A DNA stretch of 64,000 nt from Eledone cirrhosa (GCA_964016885.1 OZ024741.1:131812001-131876000), one strand, 5' to 3'; positions 13,274-26,730 are shown, counted from the first letter of the stretch. Notes: a model not told the origin generated them from the letters alone. Numbers and translations: made by a program.

Positions 13274-13477
13274 ACCATATGTTTCATCTACATAATGCAC
13301 ATCTACATAATATATAATAATTACCTCTAATGTTACATATTGATGGTTCATTATTTAAAATCATATATCAAAACAGTGATATATGTATATATAAAAGGTA
13401 AACAGAAATAACAACACAATCGGTAGAGTATATGGAAGGTATATATTAAGTTAACGCTTGATATAGCAGGAAGTGGG

Positions 13478-13513
13478 TCTTAACGTTTCGGACGCTAGTC
13501 CTTCATCAGAAGA
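13478..13513 (-). ncRNA. Minimal type I hammerhead ribozyme (family H)
   Basis: TCTT CTGATGA A GGAC TAGC GTCC GAAAC GTT AAGA: helix I TCTT/AAGA, helix II GGAC/GTCC, palindromic ACGT helix III; related decayed copy near 32195-32230. Confidence 0.85.
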
Positions 13514-13621
13514 AAGAATGAGAAATAAAATAGATTGGGCGGGATGGAATTGGAAAAAACGTCTTTAGATAAAAATAACAGGTCCATTCATTTTGACATC
13601 TCTTGCAAAACTGTTGGTGCT

Positions 13622-13711
<90 letters not shown>

Positions 13712-14079
13712 ATATATATATGTACATATGATAATGTCAGTAAATGCCCGCACGACGACTATGATTTTAGAAGATTAATTCAAAGACAATGAAAAAAAAC
13801 TACAGAAAGATGGACAATCCCATCCCCTTAATTAACCTCTGGAAATCATTATGATGTCGGTGTATTAAGACTCATCCAGTGCATACACGATATATACATA
13901 CTTATCTTGTGTGGGTGTGAATGTGTGTGTATGCGTGGGTGCATGTGCTTTGTGTGCTTGACGTAATTACTTTCAGGATGGCACCACATGATGGATAGTA
14001 TACATAACTCACCTGTGCCATTTAGAATGCAATATATTATATTAAGAAATAGACTATCAATCGTATGTACATCATAAAC

Positions 14080-14127
<48 letters not shown>

Positions 14128-14187
14128 GCACCGATTCTTTGCTTAAACTTTTATCTGTTATTTTAAAATATATATATATATATATAT

Positions 14188-14620
14188 GAATTAGTTTTGC
14201 GAGGTTTTTGATATGAAATCGTATGTCGAAACAAATATTGTTATACTTGGGGGGGGGGGGTCATATTTGTGTAATAATATTGCCAGAATTAATAACAGAA
14301 CACACTCAAATAAATAAATAAATAAACAGACTGAATAAAGATGGCGTAAGCATATAATGCAACGGGAGGAAACATAATAGCACCACTGACGATGTTGCAG
14401 ATGTGCAACGAAAGAACTTTGATAGACTATATATATATGTGTTTGTGTCTATATTGTGTCTATATTGTATTTTTGACCGTTGGTCAGTCAATGGCAACAT
14501 TGAGGACCGAATAAATTAAATTAACCGATATACAAGACACAGAAGCGAAAACCAACCAAACAGTGAGTGTGTTCTGTTATTAATTCTGGCAATATTACAC
14601 AAATATGACCCTCCCCAAGT

Positions 14621-14630
<10 letters not shown>
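14188..14630 (+). mobile_element. Family B non-coding PLE derivative with inverted end; HHR motif at 14378-14425
   Basis: Matches 5880-6250; CTGACGA T GTTGCA GATG TGCAAC GAAAG AA CTT TG; lies within (TA)n. Confidence 0.75.
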
Positions 14631-14686
<56 letters not shown>

Positions 14687-15181
14687 GAGAGAGAGAGGTG
14701 GGGGAGAGAGAGAGAGAGCATTGACATTCATAGAGGCATATATATTATATATTTACCTATCTATCTATAGCAATAGCTATATGTTCAATATATTTAGCCC
14801 ACCTCAGTAACCAGGCTGTATGATTGTTCAGTAAACAATCACACTGACACCCGTTGTGACTGTCTGAAAATGTTGTGAGTATGAGACATATTGATCATAC
14901 GGATGGATCATCATACTTATTTTGGTTGTCATGGTGATGACGATGATGGTGATGATGATAACGATGATGATGATTGTGGTGGTCGTCGTCTTGATGATAT
15001 TAATGATAGGGATGGTGATAGTGGTGGTGATTATTATGATGATGATGATGATGGTTGTAGGAGTTGTCGTGGTGATACTGATGATGATTATAATGATTGT
15101 GATGTAGGTGATGATCATCTTGTTGATTTTAATGGTTATGATGATGATGATTATGAGGAGGAGGAGGATGAGGAGGAGGGG

Positions 15182-15930
15182 CAAGTGGATCCCCAACAGT
15201 ACAAAATTATGAGTTGGTACACGGGTGGATGAACTGAGTGAACGTCCATCTACTCCAACAATGGATTAAATAGCCTCTCCAACCCGTAATTGGCCAAGTG
15301 TGTTGAGTAATGTTACACCCCTAAAATAACTAGAAAGTAACCAACTTGCTTGCTTTAAAAACTTGATTCAGTGGAATGATACGTGATGCCCCCCAACAGC
15401 CCCGGCGGACAGAATGGAGAAGGCGTTTCCCCGGAGGACGGCAAGGGAGACACGCTGGGAAAGCCACTCCAGCTCACGGGGCTCACACCTGCGACTGGCC
15501 AGCACAGCGCCTATGGTGGTGAGTAGGGAGGTAGCCCTAGAGTCGAGGACACCAGAAGTCTCCACTGCCAAGGGTACGACCGCAAATCTGTTGGAGAGCG
15601 ACCGGTATTTGAGAAGTTTGCCCTCCTCAGCCCGACCTGCAGCAGAACCTGGGTTAGTCGCAGACTGCACCAAGTTGTGGCTGCGGAAAGTGTCAGTGCA
15701 AGTGGCATCCCAGACGAGGGGTTTGCCACCGCGGAATGGGAAGATGGTCATGCCATCTGGCCTTTTGCCGTCCCCTCGGTCCAGTCCTACCGGCTCGAGC
15801 TGGGAAGGGAAGCCTGCAGCGTCCAACCCATGCTTTATGATCTCGTTGAGGGCAGCATGGCGTGGAAGAAAGCGGTAGAGGTCAATCAGGGAGGGTTCCT
15901 CTAACAGGAGTGAGAAGGCTCTGGATTGGA
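15182..15930 (-). mobile_element. CRE-like non-LTR retrotransposon 3' fragment (restriction-like endonuclease)
   Basis: RHAALNEII...EPVGLDRGDGKRPDG...WDATCTD...AEEGKLLKY...PLAVETSG...QRVSLAVLRGNA (PD-(D/E)xK RLE signature); embedded in (GAT)n low-complexity DNA; boundaries approximate. Confidence 0.85.
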
Positions 15931-16440
15931 TTGGATTATGATGATGGTGATGATGATGGTGATGGTGGTGGTGATAGTGTTCGTCGTGGTGATAACGAGG
16001 ATAATGATGATGATAATTATCATGTTGATGATGATGATGATATACATTTTGATACTTAATTATTTATTTTTAAAAAAAGTAAACTTTAGTTGTTTAGAAA
16101 AATAGAAATATTCATTGAATAGTCTACTCTTTGACACTAACTGCATAAAAAAGTAATTTGTATATCTGTCTATATACCAAGGTATTGACTTATGGTTTCA
16201 TTTTTATTAGGTCCCTATGAGGTCCCCATCTCCGATGTCCACGGACGTGGAGTGTGCCACATTACTTTTTCTCCTTCTCCCTTTTCCCCGTTTTTTCTCT
16301 TTTTCCTTTTTCTTTTCTCATTATTTCTCTTTATTTATTTTTTTTTTTTGTCACTGTTATAGACTGTATTCTTAAAAATAAATAACATTGTTTAATTGTC
16401 TATATGAAATAATTAATGGAATATCTTTTTCTATTTCCAG

Positions 16441-16484
16441 GTACGTGAATCTTAAATTTCAATTCAACATGAAACTCAAAACCG
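16441..16484 (+). other. Candidate 44-nt host exon containing an ATG (MKLKT...)
   Basis: Pyrimidine tract TTTTTTCTATTTCCAG acceptor, CAACATG at 16469, donor GTAGGA at 16485, in unique sequence. Confidence 0.3.
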
Positions 16485-17084
16485 GTAGGAAAAAATATCG
16501 TTATTTTTATTATTATTTGATTGTTCCTTACGATCAGCTTTGATGTTGCTTTGGGCCGGGTATTTTAGGGAATACAGGATTACAGCTCGTAGCCTAGGTT
16601 AACTACAACTTTTTTATATCCTTTCTTGTCATTTAGCAAGTGCTGGTAGTCCAGAATCTTTCTCAATATTCGAGCTGTTCCCAGTAGGCATAGCTTTTGG
16701 AGTGGTTCAATCCCTGGTACAAAGCCTTCGACTTGTAGTGCTCACGGTTTTTTGTCATAATGCCAAGAGCACCAATGAACACAGGGACAATGGTAGCTGT
16801 CTTCCCTTCATAAACTCCAGAATTTTAAGATTTCGTATTTTATGTCTGTATAAAGTCCTACTTTCTCCTCTTTTCATTCAATTCTTTTGTCAAGAGAACA
16901 CGCTATACCTGTGAAATTACTGGCTCTCTTATTTTAATTACGACAATAACATGTTTGTTGTGCTAAATTTTTACAGGGGATTGAATTGTGAAATCCCTTA
17001 AGAGGCTTATTACATCTTTCTCGTGACGGCTTGTTTATAGCTATTTTCTTGCATATAGAAATGTATATTTCATTCGTTAGACAT

Positions 17085-17290
17085 GCATTGCGACATAGAA
17101 TTACGGCTTCTTACGTTCTGAGTTCAAATCCCGCCGAGGTTAGCTTTGCCTTTCATCTTTACGGTGGTCGATAAACTAAAATACCAGTCACATACTGAGG
17201 TCAATTTAATCAACTTTCCCGTCCCCAAAAATTGCTGGCCTTGTGCCTATAGTAGAAATCATTATTATTTTTATTATTATTATTATTATT
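17085..17290 (+). mobile_element. SINE family S1 with (ATT)n tail
   Basis: GAGTTCAAATCCCGCCGAGG...GGCCTTGTGCC...(ATT)n. Confidence 0.8.
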
Positions 17291-17501
17291 GACGAAAGTG
17301 GATGTACGTTTTTTGAAGCTCCGTGAGTAAGCAATTTTTTGAGGATTAATTGTGGAGAATTGTTTATTTTTTTGTACCGCTGAAGCATTATAAGACATTC
17401 ATTTGTATCCTGTGAAGGAATAACTCATAATATTTGGGCCTTTTGGCCCAAATATTTGAACTTTATTTTGGAAAAATAATAATTTTTTTTCTCAAAAAAA
17501 C

Positions 17502-19406
17502 ATGGCGGAGCCACGCCCCCTAGAGGCGGGTCTGCTGTCGTGCAACGGCGACTTGAGCGTTGAGAGGAGAGGTGGGGCGAGGAGCGCCACCAGCACGAGT
17601 GTGAGCAGCGACAGTGCCAGCACCAACGGGCCGAGCGGCGCGGAAGGTGGTAACAGCGACAACACCAACACCAACAAGCCGAACAGCGCAGAAGGTGGTA
17701 ATAGCGAGAGCACCAACAAAACGAACAGCACAGAGAGTAATAGTAGCGACAGCAGCAGCACCAACAAGGCCAACAGCACAGAGGGTAACCACGACACAGG
17801 GGAGAACAACAACAGCAATAGCAGCAGCAACACCAACAAGAACAACAACAGTGACAACACCAACAAGAACATCTTCGCTGCTGTGGCAGCGGCTAAAAGG
17901 AGACCATGCTACAGCATCGACTTAACCAACAGAGAGGAAAAGTTGGCCCAGGCCTGGAAAATCATAAATCAAGAGCAGACCTGGGCAAACTTAACTGTCC
18001 CGGCAGAAGCCATTGAGGCAGTGGAAAAAAGAACGGTGCATTTCAGATGCATCTCAGTAGAGACAAAGAGGGCAGCGATAATCGCCCAAGCTGATATAGA
18101 AGCCGCACTGAAATACATCAGAGAGGACACAGACTTCATAGAGAGGGGCAGGCAATACGGCACCGTTTCGGTACTGTTCAAGTCTGAAGCCCTCGCTGTG
18201 AAGCATTCAATGACCCCTTGCAAAACCAGCAAGGTCATAATGTACCCCTCCCACATGGGAAAACGAATAGCACGTGTGCGCATTCCCAGGAATCCACCAG
18301 GACTTGATATGTGGTGGCTCCTGGGTTGCGTAATCGTGGAAGGAACGGATACAGTCCCGGTAGAGGCAACGAGAACTGCCAGGGACGACTGGTCCGGGGT
18401 TGATCTGGAGATACTGCTCCAAATCAGACCCGAAAACGTAAAAGCAATCCCGGACCACATCCGCCTCCAAAACGGGAGGGTGTTGCATATAATGACTGAG
18501 GGCAAAAGGCCGCATTGTTTCCTTTGTGGGGAAACGACACACTTGCGAGCCTTCTGCCCTCAACTGCCGAAAAGCGCAAGGGGTCGAAAGATTCCACTGC
18601 TGGCGACGCCGGGACAAGGACCACCAGCAACACCGTCAACAATGGAACCACCAAAATTGCACACCCAGGGGGGAAACGAGGAAAGCTCTCCCATTCCCCC
18701 TCCCCCCCAAAATACACACACGAACAAGAACATAAACACTCACTCACACACAAACACGCTCACAGACCCCTCATCCTCCAGCAGTGAAGATGAGGGAAAA
18801 CCAAAGTCCCCCAAAATACAAAAAACAAAACACAAAAAAAAAAGAAATCCACAAAGCACAAACACCCCCACAAAAAAAAATACACACACCACCCACACAA
18901 ACATTTTCCCCACAGCATCACCAACACAACCACCAAAATCCCCCAAACGCAAACAAGCTAAACAGACACAAGAACAAATAGACACACAAACATCAGAAAC
19001 TACAGACACCCCACCCACAACAAACGCAGACACAATAGAAACAACACTAACAAAGCTATCACCACCACAATCACACGAACAAATAAAACCCGAGCAACAA
19101 AACATTAAAAACTTCGTGCTTGCCAGAAGGGCCAACAAGGAATTGATGGCCCATGTAGCACGAAGCACAAACATCGAAAAAGAGGGGGAAACATTTGAAG
19201 CGAGCACATTTCGCGTACCAGATAATTTGCTTCTGATGCGAATGTCGCTCGCTTCATACAAAGAAATTCGAAAGAGCTTTCCTCGGGATGTGGGAACCCC
19301 GAACGTAAAACCCACTTCAAGACTATTAAAGGGGTTCCCAAAAGAAACCCCACAAACCATGGAGGTCGAACCACCCGACCTTCACAAGACCCCGGAAGGT
19401 AAGTAA
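17502..19406 (+). CDS. LINE ORF1 protein (gag-like, zinc knuckle)
   Basis: 634-aa open frame; CFLCGETTHLRAFC knuckle; low-complexity N-terminus and linker; ends 29 nt upstream of ORF2. Confidence 0.9.
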   Translation: MAEPRPLEAGLLSCNGDLSVERRGGARSATSTSVSSDSASTNGPSGAEGGNSDNTNTNKPNSAEGGNSESTNKTNSTESNSSDSSSTNKANSTEGNHDTGENNNSNSSSNTNKNNNSDNTNKNIFAAVAAAKRRPCYSIDLTNREEKLAQAWKIINQEQTWANLTVPAEAIEAVEKRTVHFRCISVETKRAAIIAQADIEAALKYIREDTDFIERGRQYGTVSVLFKSEALAVKHSMTPCKTSKVIMYPSHMGKRIARVRIPRNPPGLDMWWLLGCVIVEGTDTVPVEATRTARDDWSGVDLEILLQIRPENVKAIPDHIRLQNGRVLHIMTEGKRPHCFLCGETTHLRAFCPQLPKSARGRKIPLLATPGQGPPATPSTMEPPKLHTQGGNEESSPIPPPPQNTHTNKNINTHSHTNTLTDPSSSSSEDEGKPKSPKIQKTKHKKKRNPQSTNTPTKKNTHTTHTNIFPTASPTQPPKSPKRKQAKQTQEQIDTQTSETTDTPPTTNADTIETTLTKLSPPQSHEQIKPEQQNIKNFVLARRANKELMAHVARSTNIEKEGETFEASTFRVPDNLLLMRMSLASYKEIRKSFPRDVGTPNVKPTSRLLKGFPKETPQTMEVEPPDLHKTPEGK

Positions 19407-19435
19407 ACCTTTCCTCTCCCATTCATCCTGCCAGC

Positions 19436-22400
19436 ATGGCCATAAGAGTAGGAAGTTTAAATGTTCGAGGCCTGGGGTCGCCCTGGAAGCAAGGTCACTT
19501 GCTCAACGACCTCAGGTCACTAGGAATGGATGTAATTGCCATCAGCGAGACCAGAATTTCCGACACACGCACACTGGCGCCGATTTTCGACGATTATCAG
19601 ATCTTTGCATCTGTTAGTCGGCCGGGAATGGGAGGTGGAGTGGCTGTGCTGTTTAGGAAATGTCTGGATCTCGAGGTAAGGTCAATCTTCCGGGATCCTG
19701 ACGGAAAGTTGGTGGTCCTGGACGTGAGCAATAGCGAAGGTGGTGCCTTTAGACTGGTGGCCGTCTACGCCCCTACTGGGGCCGGTCGGCCGGACTTCTT
19801 TAGGTGCCTGGAAAACTTTCTGCTTACGTCTCGCCCTTTACTGTTAATAGGGGATTGGAATGGCATCTTAGAAGCACGCTGGGATTGTGTGGGAGTATCT
19901 GATAGGAGCGGGGGGTGCAAAAGCCTCAAGTACCTGATCAGCCAGTTTCAACTGTCTGACAGGTACCGACTAGATTTCCCTAATGCGCCAGTATGGACCT
20001 GGACCAATCGCATAGGGTCATCTAGATCGTACATAGATAGGATTTTCATTAGGAAAAGAGATAGAAATAGTGTAGGATGTCCACATTTTAAAACGGTTGC
20101 CTATTCAGATCACAAGCTTGTGATCTGTATGGTCGACCTAGATAAGACACGTAGGTTAGGACCTAGCTACTGGAAGCTAAACATGTCGTTTCCGGCACGT
20201 AAAGCTTACAGGGACCGGGTCAACAACTTAGTTAAGCAAAAGTTGACAGGGGGGGTTGTCAACAACAGGTGGTGGGGGGCTCTCAAAAGAGAGATTAGAG
20301 CAACCTCGATAGGATTTAGCAAAGAAGTAGCAATAGAGAAAAATAGAAAGGAGGAGGGGCTGATAGCTAAGTTAGACGAGGCTATTTGTAGTGGCATTGC
20401 AACAGACGTGCTAGCGGCGAGAATGGCACTAGACCATTTCTTCAATGCGAAACACGAAGGTTGCATTGTCAGAGCTAAGGCGCGTGCTCTGAGGAACGAG
20501 GGAACCAAAGCTGCCCGATGGGCTCGCTTTGCAGAGACGCAGCGTGGAAATAAAGCCACAATTCGGTCTTTGACGGATCGAGATGGACACGAACTGAGCG
20601 ATTCCAAGCAGATGTGTGAGGCCTTTCGCCAGCACTTTGCTCGATTGTTCGGGAGGATGGGTGAGTCGGAGACGGCGGCGGACTTCAGTCCCTACCTCGA
20701 CGGCTTGCCACGCCTCTCGACGGCCGACGCTGAGCGCTGCGAAGAGCCGATAACATCAGTCGAAATTCAGGACGCCCTTGTCGGCTGCTCGTGTCGCAAG
20801 TCACCCGGTTTGGATGGTCTGCCCTACGAGCTTTACGTAAATATGCCAGACTTGTTCTCCGATCTCCTCGAAGCGCTCTACTGCAAATGGCAGCAGAACG
20901 GGAGCATTCCCTGTTCTGTGAGCCGTGGCGTAGTGACGCTGATAAGGAAAGACGAGAACAAGAGGGACACACTAGATAATTTCAGGCCCATAACCCTGCT
21001 CAACACAGAGTTTAAGATTTTGGCCAAGGTGTTAGCGAAAAGGTTGGCGCTTGTCGTCAAAGATTTGGTTGGGGAGGCGCAAACTTGCGCAATCCCGACC
21101 AGGTCCATACACGACAACCTCCACCTCATGCGATACATCATAGAGAGGGTTGGGTGCAAACCTGGCTTCGGTGGGGCTCTGATCAATTTAGATCAATCGA
21201 AAGCATTCGATAGGGTCGACCATCGGTACTTGGAGGCTGTCCTCGAGGCGGCTGGCTTCGGCCCCGTCTTCAGAAGCTGGATCGCTGCAATGTACAGCGG
21301 CATCTGCTCGGTGGTCAAAGTTAATGGCCACCTCTCGGAACCGTTTCCGATCTCTCGATCGGTTCGTCAAGGGTGCCCTCTCTCCTCACTTCTGTACGTA
21401 TTGACTCTTGAGCCTCTACTGCGGAAGCTGGAGTTGTTGCAGGGCATCCCGCTCGAACCGGGACGTAGAAAGGCTGCGTCCGCTTATGCGGACGACATCA
21501 CCGTGATGGTGTCGGACACCTCGGAAATCGAGGTGATCCGCACCCATTTTGAGGAATATGAAAGGTTGACGGGAGCAAAACTTAACCCGGAAAAGTCGGT
21601 GGGCTTGCAGCTCGGCACCTGGAAAGGCAAGTCCATGCCGTCCAACAGCGTCGTTGGGCGCTGGACAGACGGACCGGTAAAGTTGCTCGGGGTTTGGTTC
21701 GGACCAGACCTCCAGGTGGATAAGAATTGGGACGAGGTGACGAGCAGGATAGCCAACCTCACCCAGAAATGGGCTGAGAGAAAGCTATCACTGAAAGGGC
21801 GGGCGGAGGTGGCGAACGCGTACATCGCGTCCGTCATCTACTACCGCCTGACCGTCGTGCCTTGCCCCCGTCCACGCCTCGCCAATTTGGAACGGCTCCT
21901 TTTCAAATTTTTGTGGAGGGGACGGGTCCCGTTGGTGAGGCGGTCCATCTGCTGCCAGCACCCTCTTCGTGGAGGGCTGGGCATGCCGTGGCTAATGATG
22001 CGCAGACATGCGCTGAGGCTGCGACATCTCCAGATATTTTGCCTAAACGGTGAACAGGTGTGGTCGCCGTTTGTTAGACGGGCCTTTCCGCAGCTCATCT
22101 CTTTGACTGAGCTGCAGTCCTGGGTCAAGAAGAGACCGAGACTGGGCGACTGGCATCTGGAATGTTGCCAGGCGCTCACTTCACTCTGCAAGGTGGGCAA
22201 TGCGGCCAGTGGAACTTCCACTCAAGATTTCTATAGAGGATTAGTGGAGGGCAAGTACGATGACGTACTAGGAGAGGCTCTAGGCGTCAACGAAGTAGAA
22301 CTGACCAGTATGTTCCGGAGGACTTTCGAGCCGGGGACGATGGATAACTTCCAGAAATCCCTCGCTTGGCAGTGCTACCGGGGGGGCGCTGCCGGTTCGG

Positions 22401-22856
22401 GATAAACTCTACAGGCACGGAAGTGCTGTCAGACGAACCTGCCCGAGATGCGCGCAGAGCGACGAAACCGTTCTGCACGCACTCGTCCAGTGTCCGTGCA
22501 TTGCTGACTTGTGGGGTCATGTCGAACAGCTATTGTCGCGTGTAGAACGGATCCGGCTATCGTCCGAGTCCATAGTGAAGATTGACCCGCCGCCTTCTTT
22601 TGGTCAGGAAGGGCAGGCAATTTTCCTCTGCCTGGTGGCAGTAGCGAAAGAGGTTGCATGGTGGACCAGGTTGAAAGGACTGAAGACAGACACTTTTCTC
22701 TTCGGCCAATCCCTCATCAACTTCTTCAAGTTTCACTTGGAAAGGAAGGTGAGGGTGGAGAGAGAAGTGCTGCCCCCCAGTACATTTACTGAAAGGTGGG
22801 TGAATGTGGCGAGAATGGCCCGCGTGAGTGGGCCTACTCTGATCATGCGCCTGTAG
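19436..22856 (+). CDS. LINE ORF2: AP endonuclease + reverse transcriptase + C-terminal CCHC, with one +1 frameshift near 22380-22386
   Basis: SLNVRGL, GDWN, IDR, SDH (APE); FRPITLLN, QGCPLS, YADD (RT); removing one G from the G7 run gives YRGALPVRDKL...CPRCAQSDETVLHALVQC and reads through to TAG at 22856 (1139 aa). Confidence 0.93.
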
Positions 22857-24805
22857 GCTGGTGAATTCGAGAAGGAGAGGGGTGCCCTTCCCGGGTGCCC
22901 TAGGAGCGTCGGGTGGCTCAGGACTGGTGGGGTGCTTGAGTCAACCCTGGCTGGTGATCCCTCTTATTGGGGAACTTTCATTGTTGTATTTTTATTGTTA
23001 TTTTGTTTTTTTGTTATTTATACTTACTCGATCTCTATGTAAACCCCCACTGTCCCTGTCTATTGTGTTGTCCCCTATATGTCGGCCCTTGTGGCCAATA
23101 AATGAAATCATTATTATTATTATTATTGGTCATCACGCATACTTTTTTTTCAGTAACTTTTGTTGATTTTCACTTGTTTGTTTATCGCTCCTTGTTAAAA
23201 GTATTGTTACACCCTGGAAATAAGGCAATATACATTGCCATAAAAAAAAGTGATACAATAATAATTGGGCCTTGAGCCCAGATATTGCAATTATCAGCCA
23301 AAAAAATTCTTTTAAAATATTGGTGCGAATATTCCTCTGCATCCACATGACAGAACAACAAAAACGAAAAGCTGTTCGAAAGGAGCATGCTATATTTTCT
23401 CTATAACAGCCAGAATACAAAAGTGATAGAACCAACAGCACTAAAATGTGTGCAGCATTGTCCTTTAGGGCTCCTTCCTTGTCTAATGGTTCGAAGAAAT
23501 AATAATGTCGTGGTGTGAAGTTGTTATGCGGTAGCGTGATAGTCCGATTTTGTGACAGAGTGGTTTTATGCAGGTGTGGTAATGTAAAGTTTCAGCGTGA
23601 TCGAGGAGAGTATAGTGTGCTGGTATGAAAATTTGATGGGGTTTTATAGACCTGTGGTTGTATGTAGATTTGGCTTGATCCTGTGGTTATATGCTGTTAG
23701 GGACGTTTGGTTTCATGCGTTGTGGTGGTCCAGAATCGTAATAGGAGGGTGTGGGGTTGTGAGCTGGTATGTAGTTGTGACGTTCTGGTAGTATAGAGCT
23801 GCAGTGTGATGGTGTGAAGTTGTAGCGTTGTGATGTTGTGTTGATGTTATGGCGTGCAGTTTTAATGTACAGGTGTGAAATTGAGATACTGTTATATGGA
23901 TAAGCAAAGAGACGATATAAGGTTGTAGGATGATGATGTGGTGATGGAGTAGTGACAGTAATTTAATAAGGAGTGATTGGACTAAATCCACACTCCCACG
24001 TGCAGTAATCGGATTAAAGGTCCTGTAGATATAGATTCTCTTCGGTAACCACAACCGCACCCTCATATCACATATCTTAATATTGACCTAAAAATTCACT
24101 TTGTGGTTGTGATGAAGATGCTGAGGATGGTGAAGAGGTTGGGATCGATGACGATAAAGTATGGTGGGATGCTGGGAGGCTTGAATATTATAATACCGTG
24201 TGTGTTTGTGGGATGGTCTTCAATATGTGGATGGTGTTGGTGCTGAAACTAATTGTCTTGTTGAGAAAGGTGGTGTTGTAGGTACTGATGGCGTTGTTGG
24301 TGACGTTGGTGTGGTATTGGCTTGACGGGATTGATGATAATGAGTATGTTGGTGATGGTGTTGCGGGCCTTGATAAGCGTGCTGTTAGTGATGGAGATGG
24401 TGGCAACAGTCTTAATGACAAGTGGTAGTGGTGTTGGTAGTAGCGTGATAAAGTTGATGATGAATGTGGTGGTTGTGGTGGTGGCCTTGATGATGAGAGT
24501 GATATTGGTGATGGTAATGATGTTTTTGTTAGTGATGGACTTGCTTTTCAAGAAAAGGGTGCTATTAATGGTGGTGTTCGTGCATATGGTATTCATGATG
24601 AAGGTGATGTTAGAAAACGTTGTGTTGGTAGTTTAATGATGAGATGGGTGCAGATGGTGTTGATGTTAGTATAATGCAGGTTATGGTGATGTTGGGGTTG
24701 ATACCAGTCGGGGTTTGATGTTTAAGGATATAATTTGATAGGATTGATGTTTGCTGACTATCTATCTACACACCTCTCTCTCACTCTATTTATATATATA
24801 TACAT

Positions 24806-24904
<99 letters not shown>

Positions 24905-24905
24905 A

Positions 24906-24981
<76 letters not shown>

Positions 24982-25072
24982 CGAAGGAAATGTGGTAAGG
25001 AACCAGGTGGACCATAACGCACCAAAGTACTCAATACTTGAGGTAGTAGAGTGGGTAATAGGAACCAGTAAG

Positions 25073-25166
25073 ACCCCGACAGCTGAGCTCAAGCCGTTTC
25101 GACGGCTAATTCTGGACTAAATGAACATTTATCCTGGTATTTAAATAGCCGATCTTCTCAAGGGGT
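25073..25166 (-). ncRNA. Type I hammerhead ribozyme, U3-A8 core variant
   Basis: Reverse complement of 27250-27343. Confidence 0.8.
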
Positions 25167-25521
25167 AATTCCATATATGGTCAAAGTGATTGTCAAAAAT
25201 CAGTAGTAATTCTGTGGTTGCAAATTAGTAGGGGAGATGGTGGCTAAACCTGCCAGTAGGAGAAAGAGGGGAGGGGGTGGAGTAGACCTAATCAAGCGTT
25301 GGTAGTGCCAGCTACAGCTGGGCATGAGGTCAAAGAAGATACAGGGGAGGGGGAGGGGGAGGAAGTCGGAACGGTAGGTAGAACAATGGGGGGTAAAAAT
25401 AGGAAAGAAAAAATACTGAGAGTGAAGAAAAGCAAATAAGTGTAAAGAAAAAATTAAATTCTACGACCTAGGTGTCAGGCTATTGTTAGGCGAGAATAAA
25501 ATAAAGAAAGAAAGAAAGAAG

Positions 25522-25552
<31 letters not shown>

Positions 25553-26268
25553 GGAAATAAGTAAAAGAACTAGGTGGGACGAATTAGGCAAGGACCCTTT
25601 TAAGAGGTATAAGTACGTAAATGATACGGTGACTGGTCAACAAAAGGGGCCAAAATACTAAAGAGACTACCACGAAATAAACAATAAAGGTTTCCATCCC
25701 GGGCCAGCAACGACCCAGTGCAGCAAAGTGAACTTGTACGACATAATAATTCTGAGTCCCGGGAAAAATATATACTAATGCTAACTCTAAAAGATCTAAA
25801 ACAAGCTACATGAAAGTTCGTACGAAATAAAGGTAGAATACGGAGAAATAAGTTCAGAATCCACCCCGCCCAGAAGAAAAGCGAAGCAAGAAATACTGAA
25901 ACGAAAAAATAAGGCATAAGTGCCACTAAGAAATATAGAGGGCACAGAGAATAGTGGGAGCGGTCGGAAAAGGGGGGCAAGTATCCGGGGTCTAAGCCAA
26001 CTGCTATAAAGGGCGGAGTCCGCCAAATCTATCAAAGACTAGGGGAGGGGGGAGTGGGGGTACTAAGGCTACATGGGGCCAAAGGGCAGCCTCGGGTGGG
26101 CGAGAAAAGACGCCGACAAAGGAGAAGAGCTGGGGTAGAAGGACAAAGGAGAGAGGGGGGAAGGAAATAAAGGATGCGATAAAAGAATACAAAGAAGATC
26201 TTACGTCTTCCTTGGCAAGCAGGGGTTACCCATTGCAAAATCGGCAACTGGGGTGTTATAGCCCTAGT

Positions 26269-26730
26269 CTACCCCCCCGGGTCATTATGGGGTTTGAGGG
26301 CGAGGTAAGTCCTACGCAATCTATGTTTACATGCAGTAACCAGTTCATCTTTCTTGTTTAGGAGTTGGTCCGTCGAAAACAGCATTTGTAAAGTTTCCTC
26401 CGAGCATAAATTGCACGGACGGCGTCCTCCCGTGTAAGGATTGGCTCTGGACAGTAATCTCCAAGTGAGATCATAGGTGATGTTGTTGTCCTTGAGGTCC
26501 CATATGTGGCCCGAAAGTGTAGTGGCGTGACGCCGGGCCGGGTTTCGGAAGGTATGTCTACGTTGGTATAGCCGGGTCTTGAAGTCACATGCGGTAAGTC
26601 CTATATAGGCTTTGTTGGAGGTATCCGTCCTCACGTTGCACTGGTAGATCACATTACGGTCTCTGCATCTATTGTCGAGTGGGCAAATAGATCTATCCGG
26701 GCAGTTACACCTCCTGGTCGGTTCTCCACT
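26269..26730 (-). pseudogene. PLE GIY-YIG endonuclease domain fragment
   Basis: CNCPDRSICPLDNRC (CxCx5Cx5C linker) then VIYQC...AYIGLT...FKTR...LSGHIWDLK...CNLCSEE...LLNKKDEL...CKH; RT absent. Confidence 0.88.

Larger units (their letters stand above)
17494..23127 (+). mobile_element. Near full-length Tx1/L1-clade LINE
   Basis: ORF1 with CCHC knuckle, ORF2 APE-RT-CCHC, short 3' UTR, AATAAA and (ATT)n tail; no TSD identified. Confidence 0.95.

Noticed and set aside
17492-22659. Antisense and alternative-frame ORFs overlapping the LINE
   Set aside because: Shadow ORFs of GC-rich LINE coding sequence with no recognisable motifs
26100-26730. Selenoprotein (UGA/SECIS) features in the Naiad-type PLE
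   Set aside because: No in-frame TGA in the retained fragment and no SECIS recognisable by eye after the stop; the RT portion is missing, so this cannot be assessed fully
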